This document shows positions 50,778 to 63,050 of a stretch of DNA of 64,000 nt, in pieces. The notes beneath the pieces are model-generated. The model did no database searches, was not told the DNA's origin, and saw only the letters and a list, made by a program, of their open reading frames with translations. The translations under genes were made by a program, and so were the position numbers. Source of the DNA: Octopus sinensis (Eukaryota); NCBI RefSeq assembly GCF_006345805.1, contig NC_043005.1, positions 31,062,001 through 31,126,000 of the forward strand, in the 5' to 3' direction. Numbering within the stretch: position 1 is the stretch's first letter; each line of letters opens with the position of its first letter.

Positions 50778-51270
50778 AACCGACTATGAACAGAGACATC
50801 GAGAGTAATATTGATTTAAGATGATGAAAATAATGAAGGTAATGACTGCACAGCAAAGAAGATTTAAAGCTCTTCAGGTGATACTTATTCTTCAGGTGTT
50901 TTAGTGGATGTCGTATCTTCGTTAACTCCAACAAATCTGCGTCTGTCAGGGTTTCAGAGTGGGCATCGATGCGTGATGTCAAAACCTTCGCCAAGTACCT
51001 TTGCCAGTCTCATCTAATGAAGAGCTTTGTATATTAACCGACTATGAACAGAGACATCGAGAGTAATATTGATTTAAGATGATGAAAATAATGAAGGTAA
51101 TGACTGCACAGCAAAGAAGATTTAAAGCTCTTCAGGTGATACTTATTCTTCAGGTGTTTTAGTGGATGTCGTATCTTCGTTAACTCCAACAAATCTGCGT
51201 CTGTCAGGGTTTCAGAGTGGGCATCGATGCGTGATGTCAAAACCTTCGCCAAGTACCTTTGCCAGTCTCA
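50757..51270. repeat. Exact 256-bp tandem duplication (period 258)
   Basis: 50757-51012 equals 51015-51270; identical ORFs at 50776 and 51034. Confidence 0.95.
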
Positions 51271-51810
51271 CCTCATTGTTGATAGCCTCGTGCTAAATAT
51301 CTTCAGGTGAGAAGCCCTGGTAGCCCTGGACACACTATGGTCACACATACCTCCAGCATGCGATGAGGATTTCTGTTTTCATGTCTTTAAGAGCAACGTG
51401 GATAGCTGACAGGCACGTTCCGATCGTGAAGTTACGCCAGTACTCCTTTAACCTGAAATTCTCGTCCGAATCCATTGCGTCTGCGAGGTGTTCGAGAGTA
51501 CCGAGTGCAAAATACCTTGAAGGTACAGATGACGCCTTGATCTATAGGCTGGATGAGGAAGGTGGTGTTGACTCGAGTTGGACTCCCTCGTCATTCAGAT
51601 CCAAAGAGTGACCACCAGCATTATCCATAACAGGCAACACTTTGAATTCCGTGCATACATTTTGCAGGTATTCCTTGGCTTGAGGGATGAAGCATTGGTG
51701 GAACCAATTCAAAGTTAGACTTCTGATAATCCAGACCTTGGGGTTGTGCATCCAGTGGACAGGCAGCAGGTCTTTATTCTTATTTTTGAAGTTACACTAG
51801 CGCTTACCAT
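50778..51810 (-). mobile_element. Degenerate pogo/Tigger DDE transposase
   Basis: LLPVHWMHNPKVWI, NWFHQCFIP, VMDNAGGH, EYWRNFTI motifs. Confidence 0.8.
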
Positions 51811-52543
51811 ACGAGCACCAACAATTTGACCTCTTTGAAAGTCCGAAAGATCTGACATTTTAATGAATTTTAATTACCTTTTTCTGATGATATTTGAAAA
51901 GAAAGAGCAATTTTAGCAAAATATATTAAGCAACATTTATAAAAAGTAAAAAAAAGCCCATAAAAATAAACAAGCCTTTGACGGTTTTATAGATATTTCA
52001 AAATTATGATGCTATGATGCTAGGTGTTTCCATTATTTTGTCCAACTACTGTATAATTTGTAGGTATGTATATGTATGTATATGCATGTGTATGTGCGAA
52101 TACATATGTGTGTATGTATATATATATGTATACATAAATATGTATATGCATACATATATAAATGTGTATGCATATGTGTGTATACTTTTATATATGTGAG
52201 CATGTATTTGCGCACATAGTTTGTATATTTGTCTGCGTGTCTATATGTGTGTATGTACGTTTGTACTTATGCAGATATACATGTAATTTGATGTGTGCGT
52301 TTTCATGTGCTCGTTGCGCAAGCTATATGGAATATCTACTTATCGCATGATGTAATACTTTCTGACTATATCTATTTCCCCTTTCTCTCGCTATTTTTCT
52401 GTTTCTCTTTCTTCTATTTCTTTTTCCTTCTTTTTCTTTAGCCTGTAACAGCTAACTTGTATAAGCATACGCCAGGAGATTTTGTGCGCGTGCATGTGTG
52501 TGCGTACACACAAGTATATGTATTTGTATATATATATTTATGA

Positions 52544-52927
52544 GTGGAGGCGCAATGGCCCAGTGGTTAGGGCAGCGGACTCGCGGTCGTAGGATCGCGG
52601 TTTCGATTCCCAGACCGGGCATTGTGAGTGTTTATTGAGCGAAAACACCTAAAAGCTCCATGAGGCTCCGGCAGGGTATGGTGGTGAACCCTGCTGTACT
52701 CTTTCACCACAACTTTCTCTCACTCTAACTTCCTGTTTCTGTTGTACCTGTATTTCAAAGGGCCGGCCTTGTCACTCTCTGTGTCACGCTGAATATCCCC
52801 GAGAACTGCGTTAAGGGCACACGTGTCTGTAGAGTGCTCAGCCACTTACACGTTAATTTCACGAGCAGGCTGTTCCGTTGATCGGATCAACCGGAACCCT
52901 CGTCGTCGTAACCGACGGAGTGCTTCC
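52544..52927 (+). mobile_element. tRNA-derived SINE
   Basis: Near-identical to 9299-9669. Confidence 0.9.
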
Positions 52928-53389
52928 ACATATATATTTATGTCTTGTCTATATATGTATGTAGCTATGTACATGCGTCTGTATGTTTAGTGCATACATG
53001 TATATTATAGATAGTTTGGTATATGCATATACTACTAAATGTATATGTAATCCAACTCGAACATTTTTTAAACGGATATAATTTTTAATGTATTAATTGA
53101 TTAATATTTTACAAATAATAATTATCATTTACCTTGGGTATTTAGTCTCTGTCCTTCTCTTTTGATTTATGGTTTTCTTCGATTTTATAATAATATGATT
53201 TTATATCGAAATTTGTTCATTGTAAAGACCGTTAATTGAAAGGACTAATGAAACAAAACCAGTTACAAATATAAATCTATTAAACTAATTGCATATGTTT
53301 GCTTATAACCTTATTTTTTTTCCATTGTAAACAAGACTGTCCGACGAACGGGAACGTGAAACTCTGAGTAACAGCTTTTATGATATTTT

Positions 53390-53540
<151 letters not shown>

Positions 53541-53613
53541 GCACTCATACATACGGTCAGTAACCTACACAAACACAGCCCTACATTTATATAGTTATAT
53601 AAAATGTAGATAT

Positions 53614-54070
53614 ATACGAGAGTAAGCTGAAAAGTTCATAGACTGGCTATAAAAGCTGAATGCATTAATTTTAACACTTCTTTATTAATAACAGCATTGC
53701 ATTTTGCTACGTAAACTGACATCTGACTGTTCAAAGAAGCTTTCAAAAGTAACTGGTAGCGACTTCTCTTGGAAATGGACAAAATTTGGCAGCGTGGTAT
53801 TATCAAATACCTGGAAAAAGAGGGTCTAGCCCCAACAATATTCATACTGACATAGTTGCTATATTGGGGGACGACATTCCAGCTTTATCAACAGTTCATA
53901 ATTGGGCAGTTGAATTTAGAATGAGAAGAGAAGTTCTCAAAGATGACCCAAGGTTTGGACGTTCTACAACTGCAATCACCGAGGAAAGTACTAACCATAT
54001 TCACCACGTGGTGGCAGACGACAAGCGACTGACTATAAATCAAATATCCAAAGCTATTAAAATTTCTTTT
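53614..54070 (+). mobile_element. Mariner 5' fragment (TIR and HTH region)
   Basis: tacgagagtaagctgaaaagttc TIR-like start; MDKIWQRGIIKYL...STVHNWAVEF...DDPRFGRS...DKRLTI. Confidence 0.8.
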
Positions 54071-54394
54071 AGCTTTGTTTTTGATTTACTCGATGCTGTG
54101 CATAAATATTATTTAATTAATGACGAACAGTTAAAATCGAAGATATTCTACCAAAGCTATCCATTGTGACACAAGCTAACTCATAAGTGCTTTATAAGCA
54201 GCTAACTTATGCTATTGATTGAAGGAAGACGAGTTTGTCTCCCCAGAAGTGCAGTCAGTAACTGCTAAAATCTAGCTAAAATATCTCTCGCTCTTTTTTC
54301 TGGGATTGTGAGTAGAGACAGACGGTAGGATTTTCAATACAAATATGTTTTGTTTTACTTGCCATAGTATCTGGACATCAGTTGTCTTAATTCA

Positions 54395-54625
54395 TTGAAG
54401 CCCATCATCTGTTGATGATAGTGCGGAATGTCTGGCGATGGGTAGATTTATAAATTCTGTAAGTTGCATATCACGGTGAGTACATCGAGCACCATGGTGT
54501 ATACCCTTCTGGGTGAGTTCAAAGAAATATTTGTTTTAGTGTGAGAGGAGGTAAAGTGTAGATATTGCTTCGTGTCTGTGCCGATGATGATGATGGGAGT
54601 CTCTCGTAGTCCGAGAAAAACCGTT
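54395..54625 (-). mobile_element. Degenerate Neptune-like PLE RT fragment
   Basis: TDTKQYLHFTSSHTKTNISLNSPRRVYTMV parallels 35155-36390. Confidence 0.6.
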
Positions 54626-54664
54626 CTGCAATTTCTTACTGAACAACCTGCACAAATGATCTGT

Positions 54665-54890
54665 TTATAGTGATCCAATGTGCATGCTGTACATCAGCTC
54701 ACCCTCTCCAGTAAATCAACGTAGCCTGAACAGGTGCACGGTGTTCTGTATCTCCGGTGTTAAAGTGACCACAGAGCAACGTGAGATGAAGTGCTTTGCT
54801 CAAGAGCACAACACACCACCCAGTTCAGGAATTGATACCACGACCTCGCGATCGTGAGTGTAATGCCCTACTAGGCCATGTGCTCTCACA
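54665..54890 (-). mobile_element. tRNA-derived SINE
   Basis: Shares gagcaacgtgagatgaagtgctttgctcaagagcacaacac with 44920-44950. Confidence 0.75.
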
Positions 54891-55109
54891 TTACATCGTG
54901 CTTGTAGCTTTGTAATATATGCCTGCCTCAATTTACTTGTGTATTTTCATTATTAAAATACACTAAAATGATTGTTAATCTTGGATTCCATTGTGAACCG
55001 AATGTTATTATTCCATCAAGTAGTATTTATCATTAATTTCTCTACTTTTATTCGAAAGGATAAAACAGTCACCTAGAATTTTTACCAGCTCTCTTTTATA
55101 AGAATGTGG

Positions 55110-55500
55110 ACTGAGAAGTTTATAGGCCGATTATAAAGAATTGACATCAGAGCTGTGAATTTCAGCCCTTATTTGGCATCGTAGTGTTATCAAGTATCTG
55201 TAGAAAAAGGTTTTACTCCCTTCCCCAAAGACATTCATGTCTATATGGTTGCTACATTAGAGGATGAAACACCAGCTTTATGAAAAGTGGGAAGCTGAAA
55301 TTTGGAGGGGGAAGGGAGATTTTGTAGATGACCCAAGGTCTGGACATCCTGCAACTGCCATCACTGAGGAAAATATCGATCGTGTTCATCACACGGAGAT
55401 GGATGAGAGGCGACTGACTATAAATCAAATAGCCAATGCTATTAGCATATCCCGTAAGAGAGTTGAGAATATTCTGCACAATGAACTTGGCATGATCAAT
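55110..55500 (+). mobile_element. Second mariner 5' fragment
   Basis: DDPRSGHPATAITEENIDRVH...ERRLTINQIANAISIS...ENILHNELGM. Confidence 0.8.
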
Positions 55501-56033
55501 TATAGCGCTCCCATTGATTATAAAGGTATACTATACTTCCATATCCTTTCACCAACCAGAAGCTGACAAGAACTATCCAAAGCATAAATATAAGTGATAT
55601 TTGGTAGGATAATCCTTAACTGACAATGTGATCCACAAGCGAACAAAAACAGGATATTTATGTCGTTACGCATAACAGAACAGTAGTCAAACAGGCCTCT
55701 CCAGTTTTCAGTTTCCTGTTTCTATATTCAATTTCTGTTGGAATTGAGTACCATTAAGATGTTAATTTATTCCGAGAAAATACCTTTTCTGCAAGTCAAA
55801 TGCAATACATATTTACAATGATTTTTGAAAAACCTGTCTCATAGGTAGAATGACTATGGATTGGTCACCCAACTAGGCGACGCTGTTTCATTTTATCTCG
55901 TAATAGGTCAGAAATGTTGCAAGTACAAAATTTTAAACTACAGTTTCAAATTATTTAATTTAGTAGAAAATCAATCGTTTCCTTTTAATATTTTTACAAA
56001 ACCTACACAGAAACAAATTTATTCGTAATGCTA

Positions 56034-56095
56034 CCACGTCATCATTTGCCTGTCGTCATTATCTCTGCATTTCCAAAAAGCTTGACGTCATAAAA
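56034..56095 (+). promoter_or_regulatory. Candidate proximal promoter with UPRE-like and CRE motifs
   Basis: CCACGTCATC 56034-56043, CGTCA 56054-56058, palindromic TGACGTCA 56083-56090, then TAAAA, 29 bp before the ATG. Confidence 0.4.
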
Positions 56096-56118
56096 TTTTC
56101 TTCGTTTGAAACCATTGA

Positions 56119-56916
56119 ATGATGGCACCATTGCATCCTATAAACATTGTTCTGAAAAGAGACTCATATGGATTCGGTTTTGGTTTCCAACGGCAAACCC
56201 AAAATGGTAAAACGGGTATTTACGTTGTTGATGTTCTCAGAAATTACTACAGCAACAGGGCTGTCATGTTAGACGAGTCCGATCGCATATTAGCAATAAA
56301 CGGCAGTGATTTAGAAAATAAAAATTCTAATCAGATACGCGAGTTGTTGAAAAAGTCTGGCAACGATGTATGTCTAACTATTCAGCCGAATAATAAGGAA
56401 ACAAATACTATTCGAGCTGCTATACTGAATAATATTCCTGACTATCTAAAGACTACAGACCAATCGTGGAAAGCAAAGTTCTTAAAAATTATAAGAAATG
56501 TATTTGAACAACCCAAAGGTGTTTTTGTTGTGACTTTCAGAAGATCAAATGATCTCAAATTTCGTATTCTGGGAGGTTCTGAACAGCCAATTATAAGCGG
56601 TTATACGGGAATTCATATCGTACAGCTAGACAAGGATATACAATATTGCACTGAAGGGATGCAGTTGTTAGAAGGTGATCGACTAATCAGTGCCAATAAC
56701 ATACTTTTAGATGGTGAAACTCTTGCGAATACTGACGCCATTTTACGAAATGGTAAAGAAGACACTATCAAATTGATTGTGTCACGTCTTCAATTTACCA
56801 GTAAAAAGAAGCTTGTAAATAAGAAAAGAGGTGGGATGTCTTTTATGTCACCCATATCAATGGAAATAGTGTTCCTAAGCACTTTGGCTTTCATGATTTC
56901 TCGTTTTATTCCTTAA
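56119..56916 (+). CDS. Intronless two-PDZ-domain protein with a C-terminal hydrophobic (possible tail-anchor) segment
   Basis: 265-aa intact ORF; PDZ1 KRDSYGFGF..GIYV..DRILAINGSDL; PDZ2 FRILGG..GIHI..EGDRLISANN; KKKLVNKKR then hydrophobic MEIVFLSTLAFMI; in-frame TGA immediately before the ATG. Confidence 0.85.
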   Translation: MMAPLHPINIVLKRDSYGFGFGFQRQTQNGKTGIYVVDVLRNYYSNRAVMLDESDRILAINGSDLENKNSNQIRELLKKSGNDVCLTIQPNNKETNTIRAAILNNIPDYLKTTDQSWKAKFLKIIRNVFEQPKGVFVVTFRRSNDLKFRILGGSEQPIISGYTGIHIVQLDKDIQYCTEGMQLLEGDRLISANNILLDGETLANTDAILRNGKEDTIKLIVSRLQFTSKKKLVNKKRGGMSFMSPISMEIVFLSTLAFMISRFIP

Positions 56917-57056
56917 ATTCCCTGAAATACATTCTTCGAGCAAAAGAGATAACTAACTATACAAACTAACGCCCAGTAAACATCTATGGGAAATGTAAAA
57001 ATGCTTTTGCTCTTAAATATGAGGAGAAATGTCAATTATAGACACACGCGTATAGG

Positions 57057-57062
57057 AATAAA
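57057..57062 (+). terminator. Candidate polyadenylation signal AATAAA
   Basis: First AATAAA seen after the PDZ stop, about 140 bp downstream. Confidence 0.35.
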
Positions 57063-57274
57063 TCTATGCATGGAATATCGTAACCTAATTTTTACTGACT
57101 TCGAGATTTCGACTGATCTGTAACTTATCCAAGCAGTTTGAATAACCCACAGATCTGGTGAAACTCCTAAGCTACTATCAATTAAATATTAAACTCTTCA
57201 TGTGTTTTGACTTAATTATCCAGGCAGCGCTCATCGTTTTTATTCATACAAAATACTTAATTGTTACCATACAT

Positions 57275-57430
57275 TCCGTCTCTACGTTCTGCGTTCAAAT
57301 TCCGCCGAAGTCGACTTTGCCTTTCATCTTTTCGGAGTCGATAAAATAAGTATCAGCTAAGTACTGGGGTAGATGTAATCGTTCTATTCCCTCTTCCGAA
57401 GTTGCTGGCCTTGTGCTAAAATTTGAAATC
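57275..57430 (+). mobile_element. SINE fragment
   Basis: ctacgttctgcgttcaaattccgccgaagtcgactttgcc, family of 8762. Confidence 0.75.
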
Positions 57431-57502
57431 TTAAAATCAGTCTATAGCCATACACACACACATACATACATACATGCATACATACATACATACATACATA
57501 CA

Positions 57503-57536
<34 letters not shown>

Positions 57537-57599
57537 CATGATGACTGCGACTCGATTTCGAATATTACTATCGCTTGGTGGTTTTCTTAAAACTGTTAT

Positions 57600-58330
57600 G
57601 ACCTTAGGATAGACTTTCATGGTTCATTTGAGACAAAGCTGAAGGTCTATACTACTTGTGTTTTGTCTTCGTTGCTATGATCCTTAAGTATTTTCTGTAT
57701 GGTGAGTTTTTCTAAAGCTGTGGCAACAATGTGCACCTTTTTCAGTATGTGTTTCATAAATATTTTGGTGATCCTTCATATGGCGTTTCAGTCCGTCACG
57801 TAAAGCATGTTCTCTTCTACACTCTCTGCAAGATAACGTATATTTCACAGTTAACAACTTCTATGAGTGTTTAGCTCCTCTGATGACATCTGAAGTTTAG
57901 ACAGACCTGCCTACACTCCTTGTTTGGTAAATTGGGCTGCGCACCAACATACTCAGGCAAATTCACATTAAAACCACGACAAATATTTCTCATCAGTTGT
58001 TCAAGCTTGATACGGAAACCATGTTGTTTAAATTAGTTCCTTTCATCAGATACTTTCCTCCGGGATGAACGATCCAGAGCGAAGTTTACCAGTTCATTTT
58101 TCTGGTGTATTCTTAATGCAATCCTTATACTTTACTTTCGTTTTGTGCGCTAGTCTTTTACACTGGGATAACTCACCATGCAGAAAATACTTAAGGATCA
58201 TATGTTTGTGGTAAGTAAACCAGGTCTCCCACGCATATAGCAACGAAGACCAAATACAAGTAGTATAGACCTTCAGCTTTGTCTCAAATGAACCCTGAAA
58301 GTCTATGCAAAGGTCATAACGGTTTGGCTT
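57600..58330. mobile_element. Two inverted RTE-like RT fragments
   Basis: 57607-57706 is an inverted copy of 58172-58308; FETKLKVYTTC..SSLLY.WETW motif. Confidence 0.65.
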
Positions 58331-59489
58331 TCTTGATTCGGAAGGAAATTTCATTGGCTTTGTGCAAATCTTTTTCATCACTTCAAAAACAGTGTAAACA
58401 TAGGCATCACCTGATTTTTAACATCTTTATTAACATATATATATATTTGGGTTTATGCATATGAATGCACGCGTGCGAGTGTGTGTGTGTGTAGGTCATC
58501 TGTGTGTGTGTGTGCGTGTGTATGTGTGTGCGTGCGCGCGTGTGTGTATTAGTTGCAAGATTCATTAGAATCTAGGTGCATCAATACGTAGGGCATCAGA
58601 ACCAGCTAGGTAGCATAACAGAGTTCACAGGGAGGTAAAACAACCATAAGGTATCATGTGGTGTTAGTATACCGAAAGTATGTAGATATGCAAGTATCAA
58701 ATCCAATCTGACTCAAGGCTGGTTCCAGGTGTGGCTACTTACAAAAAGAACACAGATGGAGTTTAAAATTTACTACAGCTGTTTCGGTAGAATTTTGTTA
58801 ATATATTCATAGATTATATCATAGCGTTAATCCACTAGCTTCAGGCAAAATTTTAAGCATATATACAAGCAAGCTAAAACTTTGGTGATAACCTATACAA
58901 TAAGCAGCATAATGAATAAGTGATATTTTGAAAAAAAACAGAATATTCAAATTTATAGAGGAATCAGAAGCATAAAGGACATGCGAAGAGCAAATTACAA
59001 GCAGTTATCTTGAAAGAGTGCAAGGAAATAGGCAGGCTAGCCAAAAACTTCAAGGAAGATATCATGTAGGTCATGGTGCACCACTGTTATTTACTTTAAT
59101 GGGTATTTTCATGTAGCCCTGTGTCTAACAAGTCAGAAAGTTGATGTTGCCAGCAAAAAAACTAGGATGGAAGCTCTAACTTTGCAACTCTTCGCCAAAA
59201 TAGTTCAAATGACCACTTAAAATGATTGCCTGGTTCAGATCTACAAGTTCATGCAAATGTTCTGTAAAATGTTCATGCAATTTGTTCTGTAAAAAGGTCA
59301 CCAGAGGTCAAAAGGCCACGGACTTTGAACTTTACTTATATTTCGCATTCACAGGTTTTATTTATCACCAATACCATATAACGTAATTTTTTTTATTGAA
59401 AATTACTCAAAACGAAGGTTTACATGTGCTTTTAAATACCAGAAGTAAAAAAAAGATTGAAAAGAAGTAGTGTTTACCCCGTGGTAAAC

Positions 59490-60773
59490 CAGCTATTTGA
59501 GCCAAATACTATGCCTATGCAGACTTATTGAAGAATCAAAAGCATTTAATCGCGATCTTGCAATGGTGTTTGTAGACTTTTCTAAAGCGTTCGACTCTGT
59601 AGATAGGTACAAGATGTTTGAAATCCTTAAGCTCTATGGGATTCATGACAAAATCATTTCTGCCATCAAGGTCCTCTACACAGATACGTCTTCAACCATC
59701 TTAACCCCTGATGGAGAAACATCAATTTTCTCAATCAAAGCCAGAATACTGCAGGGAGACACACTCGCCCCATTTCTCTTAATCATTGTCGTTGACTATG
59801 TGCTACGTATGTCAGTTGATACCATTTCTGGCAAGGGCTTTGAAATAAAACATAGAAGAAGTTCCAGACACCCAGCTTTGAAATAAAACCTAGAAGAAGT
59901 TCCAGACAGTGACTTTGCTGACGACATCGCTCTTATCAGTGATTCTCTCTTCAATGCCCAGTCTCTTTTACAATCTCTTGAACAAGCCTCAAATTGTGTA
60001 GGTCTTTACCTCAATGAGTCCAAGACTGAATATGTAAACAAGTGCCTGTCCAACAGTGATTTCATCATCCATACTCTCAACAATACGCTCTTAAATATGG
60101 TTTCTGATTACAAATATCTTGGGTCATACATATCATCATCTGAAAAAGATTTTCTAACTAGAAAGGGTATGGCCTGGTCAGCCTGTAATGATATGCATAG
60201 GATGTGGTCATCAAATCTAAGTAGAGATCTCAAACTTAAAATTTTCAAAGCCACAGTCGAACCAATTCTACTATATGGCTCAGAAACCTGGACGTTATCA
60301 AAGAAGCTTGAGAGGAGGTTGGATGGAACCTACACTCGCCTCCTTATGAAAGCTCGTCGAACCAATTCTACTATATGGCTCAGAGACCTGGACGTTATCA
60401 AAGAAACTTGAGAGGCGGTTGGATGGAACCTACACTCGCCTCCTTATGAAAGCTCAAAATCTCTCGTAGAAGCGTCATCCAACCAAAGTACAAATATATG
60501 GGAAACTACCACCTGTGTCATCTCTTGTGAAAGGTAGAAGAGTCCAGTTTGCTGGACATTGTTGTAGAGCTGAAAACGAGGCAATTTCTACTCTTCTTCC
60601 CTGGAAGCCTCTGCTCGCGATACCAGAGGGCACACACTCTCCTACCCTGATGTAATTTCCAGGGATACAGGCATCCAGCAACAGGACCTCTGTGGTGCTA
60701 TGATGGACCGTGAAGTCTGGCGTGGCATAGTGAATTCCATTGTCTCGACCACGGTCGAGCAATGATGATGATT
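59490..60773 (+). mobile_element. 5'-truncated RTE-clade LINE with (ATG)n tail
   Basis: FVDFSKAFDSV, ILQGDTLAPFL, DFADDIAL, YKYLGSYI, ILLYGSETWTL; 3' end aatgatgatgatt. Confidence 0.88.
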
Positions 60774-61142
60774 ACCCCGTGGAATGTGAGATATTTCCGC
60801 ACTTTTACATTGTTTTGTACGTATTGCTGAAGGTGTCGAACAGAAGTAAGGCAAAATCTAGCAAGTGGTACTTTGGGATCTTTCCTTGAATCATTGCAAA
60901 TGACCTGCAGAAGGTGATATTTGAGTTGATCTATAAAATGAAACATCAAATTATGCAAATATTTTCATCAAAGAGGTTGTTGAAGTGAAAAGTAAACAAA
61001 AGTTGACCCTACCTACACCATAGCAGTTTTAATATTGAAATAAATTCCTGCTTGTATAATACTTTCTATCTTTCAAGTTTAAACAAGATCCATTTCAATT
61101 GTTGCGAAAGTTACCTTCCTTCCTGGTAGGAATATACACATA

Positions 61143-61260
61143 ATCTTACTATAAGGGGCGTTATTTCCGTTTGTCTGTCTGTTCCCTCTTCACGATCAAA
61201 CGACTGGACCAATGGTCACAATGTTTTTCGGGATTACGAAGGAAGTAATCAGGAAAGTTT
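61143..61260 (+). mobile_element. Possible Helitron-like 5' fragment
   Basis: atcttactata...gtctgtctgt...aaacgactggaccaat resembles non-autonomous Helitron 5' ends. Confidence 0.35.
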
Positions 61261-61289
61261 TTAGCGGAAAGAATGTGAAAAAATATGAT

Positions 61290-62091
61290 TATTTAGTGGA
61301 TATTGAGTTTAGCATTAATAAATCCCAGCAATGGTTGAGAAGCTCAGGACTCAAAGCAGAGACTGAGGGATTTTTAATTGCAGTACAAAGCCTCCCCACC
61401 AGAAATTGCCAAAAACATATAATGAAAACAAGCATAAGTAATTGCAGAATATGTGGAGATGGACAAGAAACAATAAATCACATTGTCTCTGGTTGCCCAG
61501 CCCTGGCTAAGAAGGAATATATTCACAGACACGACAGAGTTGGGACCTACATACACTGGAAGCTATGCCAACACTATGGAATAATAACAGAAAAAAGATG
61601 GTATAAGCACACACCAGAAAAGGTCACAGAAAACGAGAAATCGACCATACTCTGGGATATGACAATACACACAGATAGAGAAATTAAGGCCAATAGGCCA
61701 GATATAGTTGTCAGGGATCATGAAGAAAAAAAAATGCTTTCTGATTGATGTATCAATACCAGTAGATGACAACGTTTCTCTAAAAGAAATGGAGAAACTT
61801 TCAAAATAAAAAGACCTGGAAATAGAGGTAACTTGAATGTGGTATCTAAATACAGAAACAATTCCTATCATAGCGGGCGCATTAGCGGTGATAAAAAATA
61901 TTCAGATATATACATAACAAAACCACCAGGACTTACAAATATATACATCATACAGAAAATTGCACACATCCTACGCAAAACACTTTCAATACAGTAACCA
62001 TAAGAGCATTACAGCAAACCACAGCACATACTCAAGGCACACAGAGCTGCGCTCGGTAGTGAAATGAAAGTACGTTCTAAAAATAAAACTA

Positions 62092-62137
<46 letters not shown>

Positions 62138-62155
62138 TAATAATAATAATAATAA
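61290..62155 (+). mobile_element. R4/Dong-like LINE 3' part (CCHC knuckle and REL endonuclease) ending in (TAA)n
   Basis: GLKAETEGF, CRICGDGQETINHIVSGC, RHDRV, ILWD, ANRPDIVV..LIDVSIP; (AAT)n at 62095-62155. Confidence 0.88.
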
Positions 62156-62157
62156 GT

Positions 62158-62785
62158 TTATCATAGCAGCTCAAGATCAATGCTTACCTACCTACAAGGA
62201 ACTACCAGGCCAACATATTAAAGAACGGCAGTAGCCCAACATGTCGTGTATGTCAACAACAAAATGAAACTATTGATCATGTCTCCAAGTGCAGTCTTCT
62301 TGCGCCTACAGAGCATCTCAACAGGCATGATAGAGCTGCACAATATATTTACTGGGTAATTTGCAAAAGCCTGGACTTGCCCCATGAGAAAAACTGGTGG
62401 GAACACAAACCACCTCCAGTGCTTGAAAATGATCACATCTCACTCCTCTGGAACTTCACCATTCAAATTGACAGAAAGATAGATGCGAATAGGCCAGAAA
62501 TCATATTGAAAGACTGCAGACAAAAATCATGCCTCCTCATTGATATGACTGTCTCAAACAATATAAACGTATCTGTCAAGACCTACCAAAAATCTGAGCA
62601 AATATAAAGATCTGGAAAGAGTAATTAGCAAAATGTGGAACCTGAAGACTAAAACGATACCTGTTGTCATAGGTGCCCTGGGAATGATAGCAAAAGGGGC
62701 TGATTGCTACCTAGCTCAGATATCAGGAAACCCCAAAATGACAGAAATTCAAAAGATAGTGCTTATGGGAACTGCTCATATTACC
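62158..62785 (+). mobile_element. Second, diverged R4/Dong-like 3' fragment
   Basis: AAQDQCL, CRVCQQQNETIDH, RHDRAA, LLWNFTI, ANRPEII..LIDMTV. Confidence 0.85.
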
Positions 62786-62789
62786 ATAT

Positions 62790-63050
62790 TGTATATAAAT
62801 AGTGGAGGTTAATGGTTAGAACGCATGACGCGTTGGTTAGATTCTTGCAGCGGTCATGATGCTGTGTCATTTAACAAGGTACTTCATTTCAGGTTGCTCC
62901 TTTCTACGCAGAGAAAAATGGGTACTATCTTAGTGTTAGTGCATTCTTCCACTTGGGATTAAGGTATGTGTGTCTCTGTGCAACAACATAGGCTCTAAAG
63001 TATTTAGCGAAAACATAGTCAACAAGGTCACACAGGCTTACGAATGTCGG
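62790..63050 (+). mobile_element. Degenerate SINE
   Basis: tRNA-like head followed by gtgtcatttaacaaggtacttcattt, resembling the common SINE core. Confidence 0.45.
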
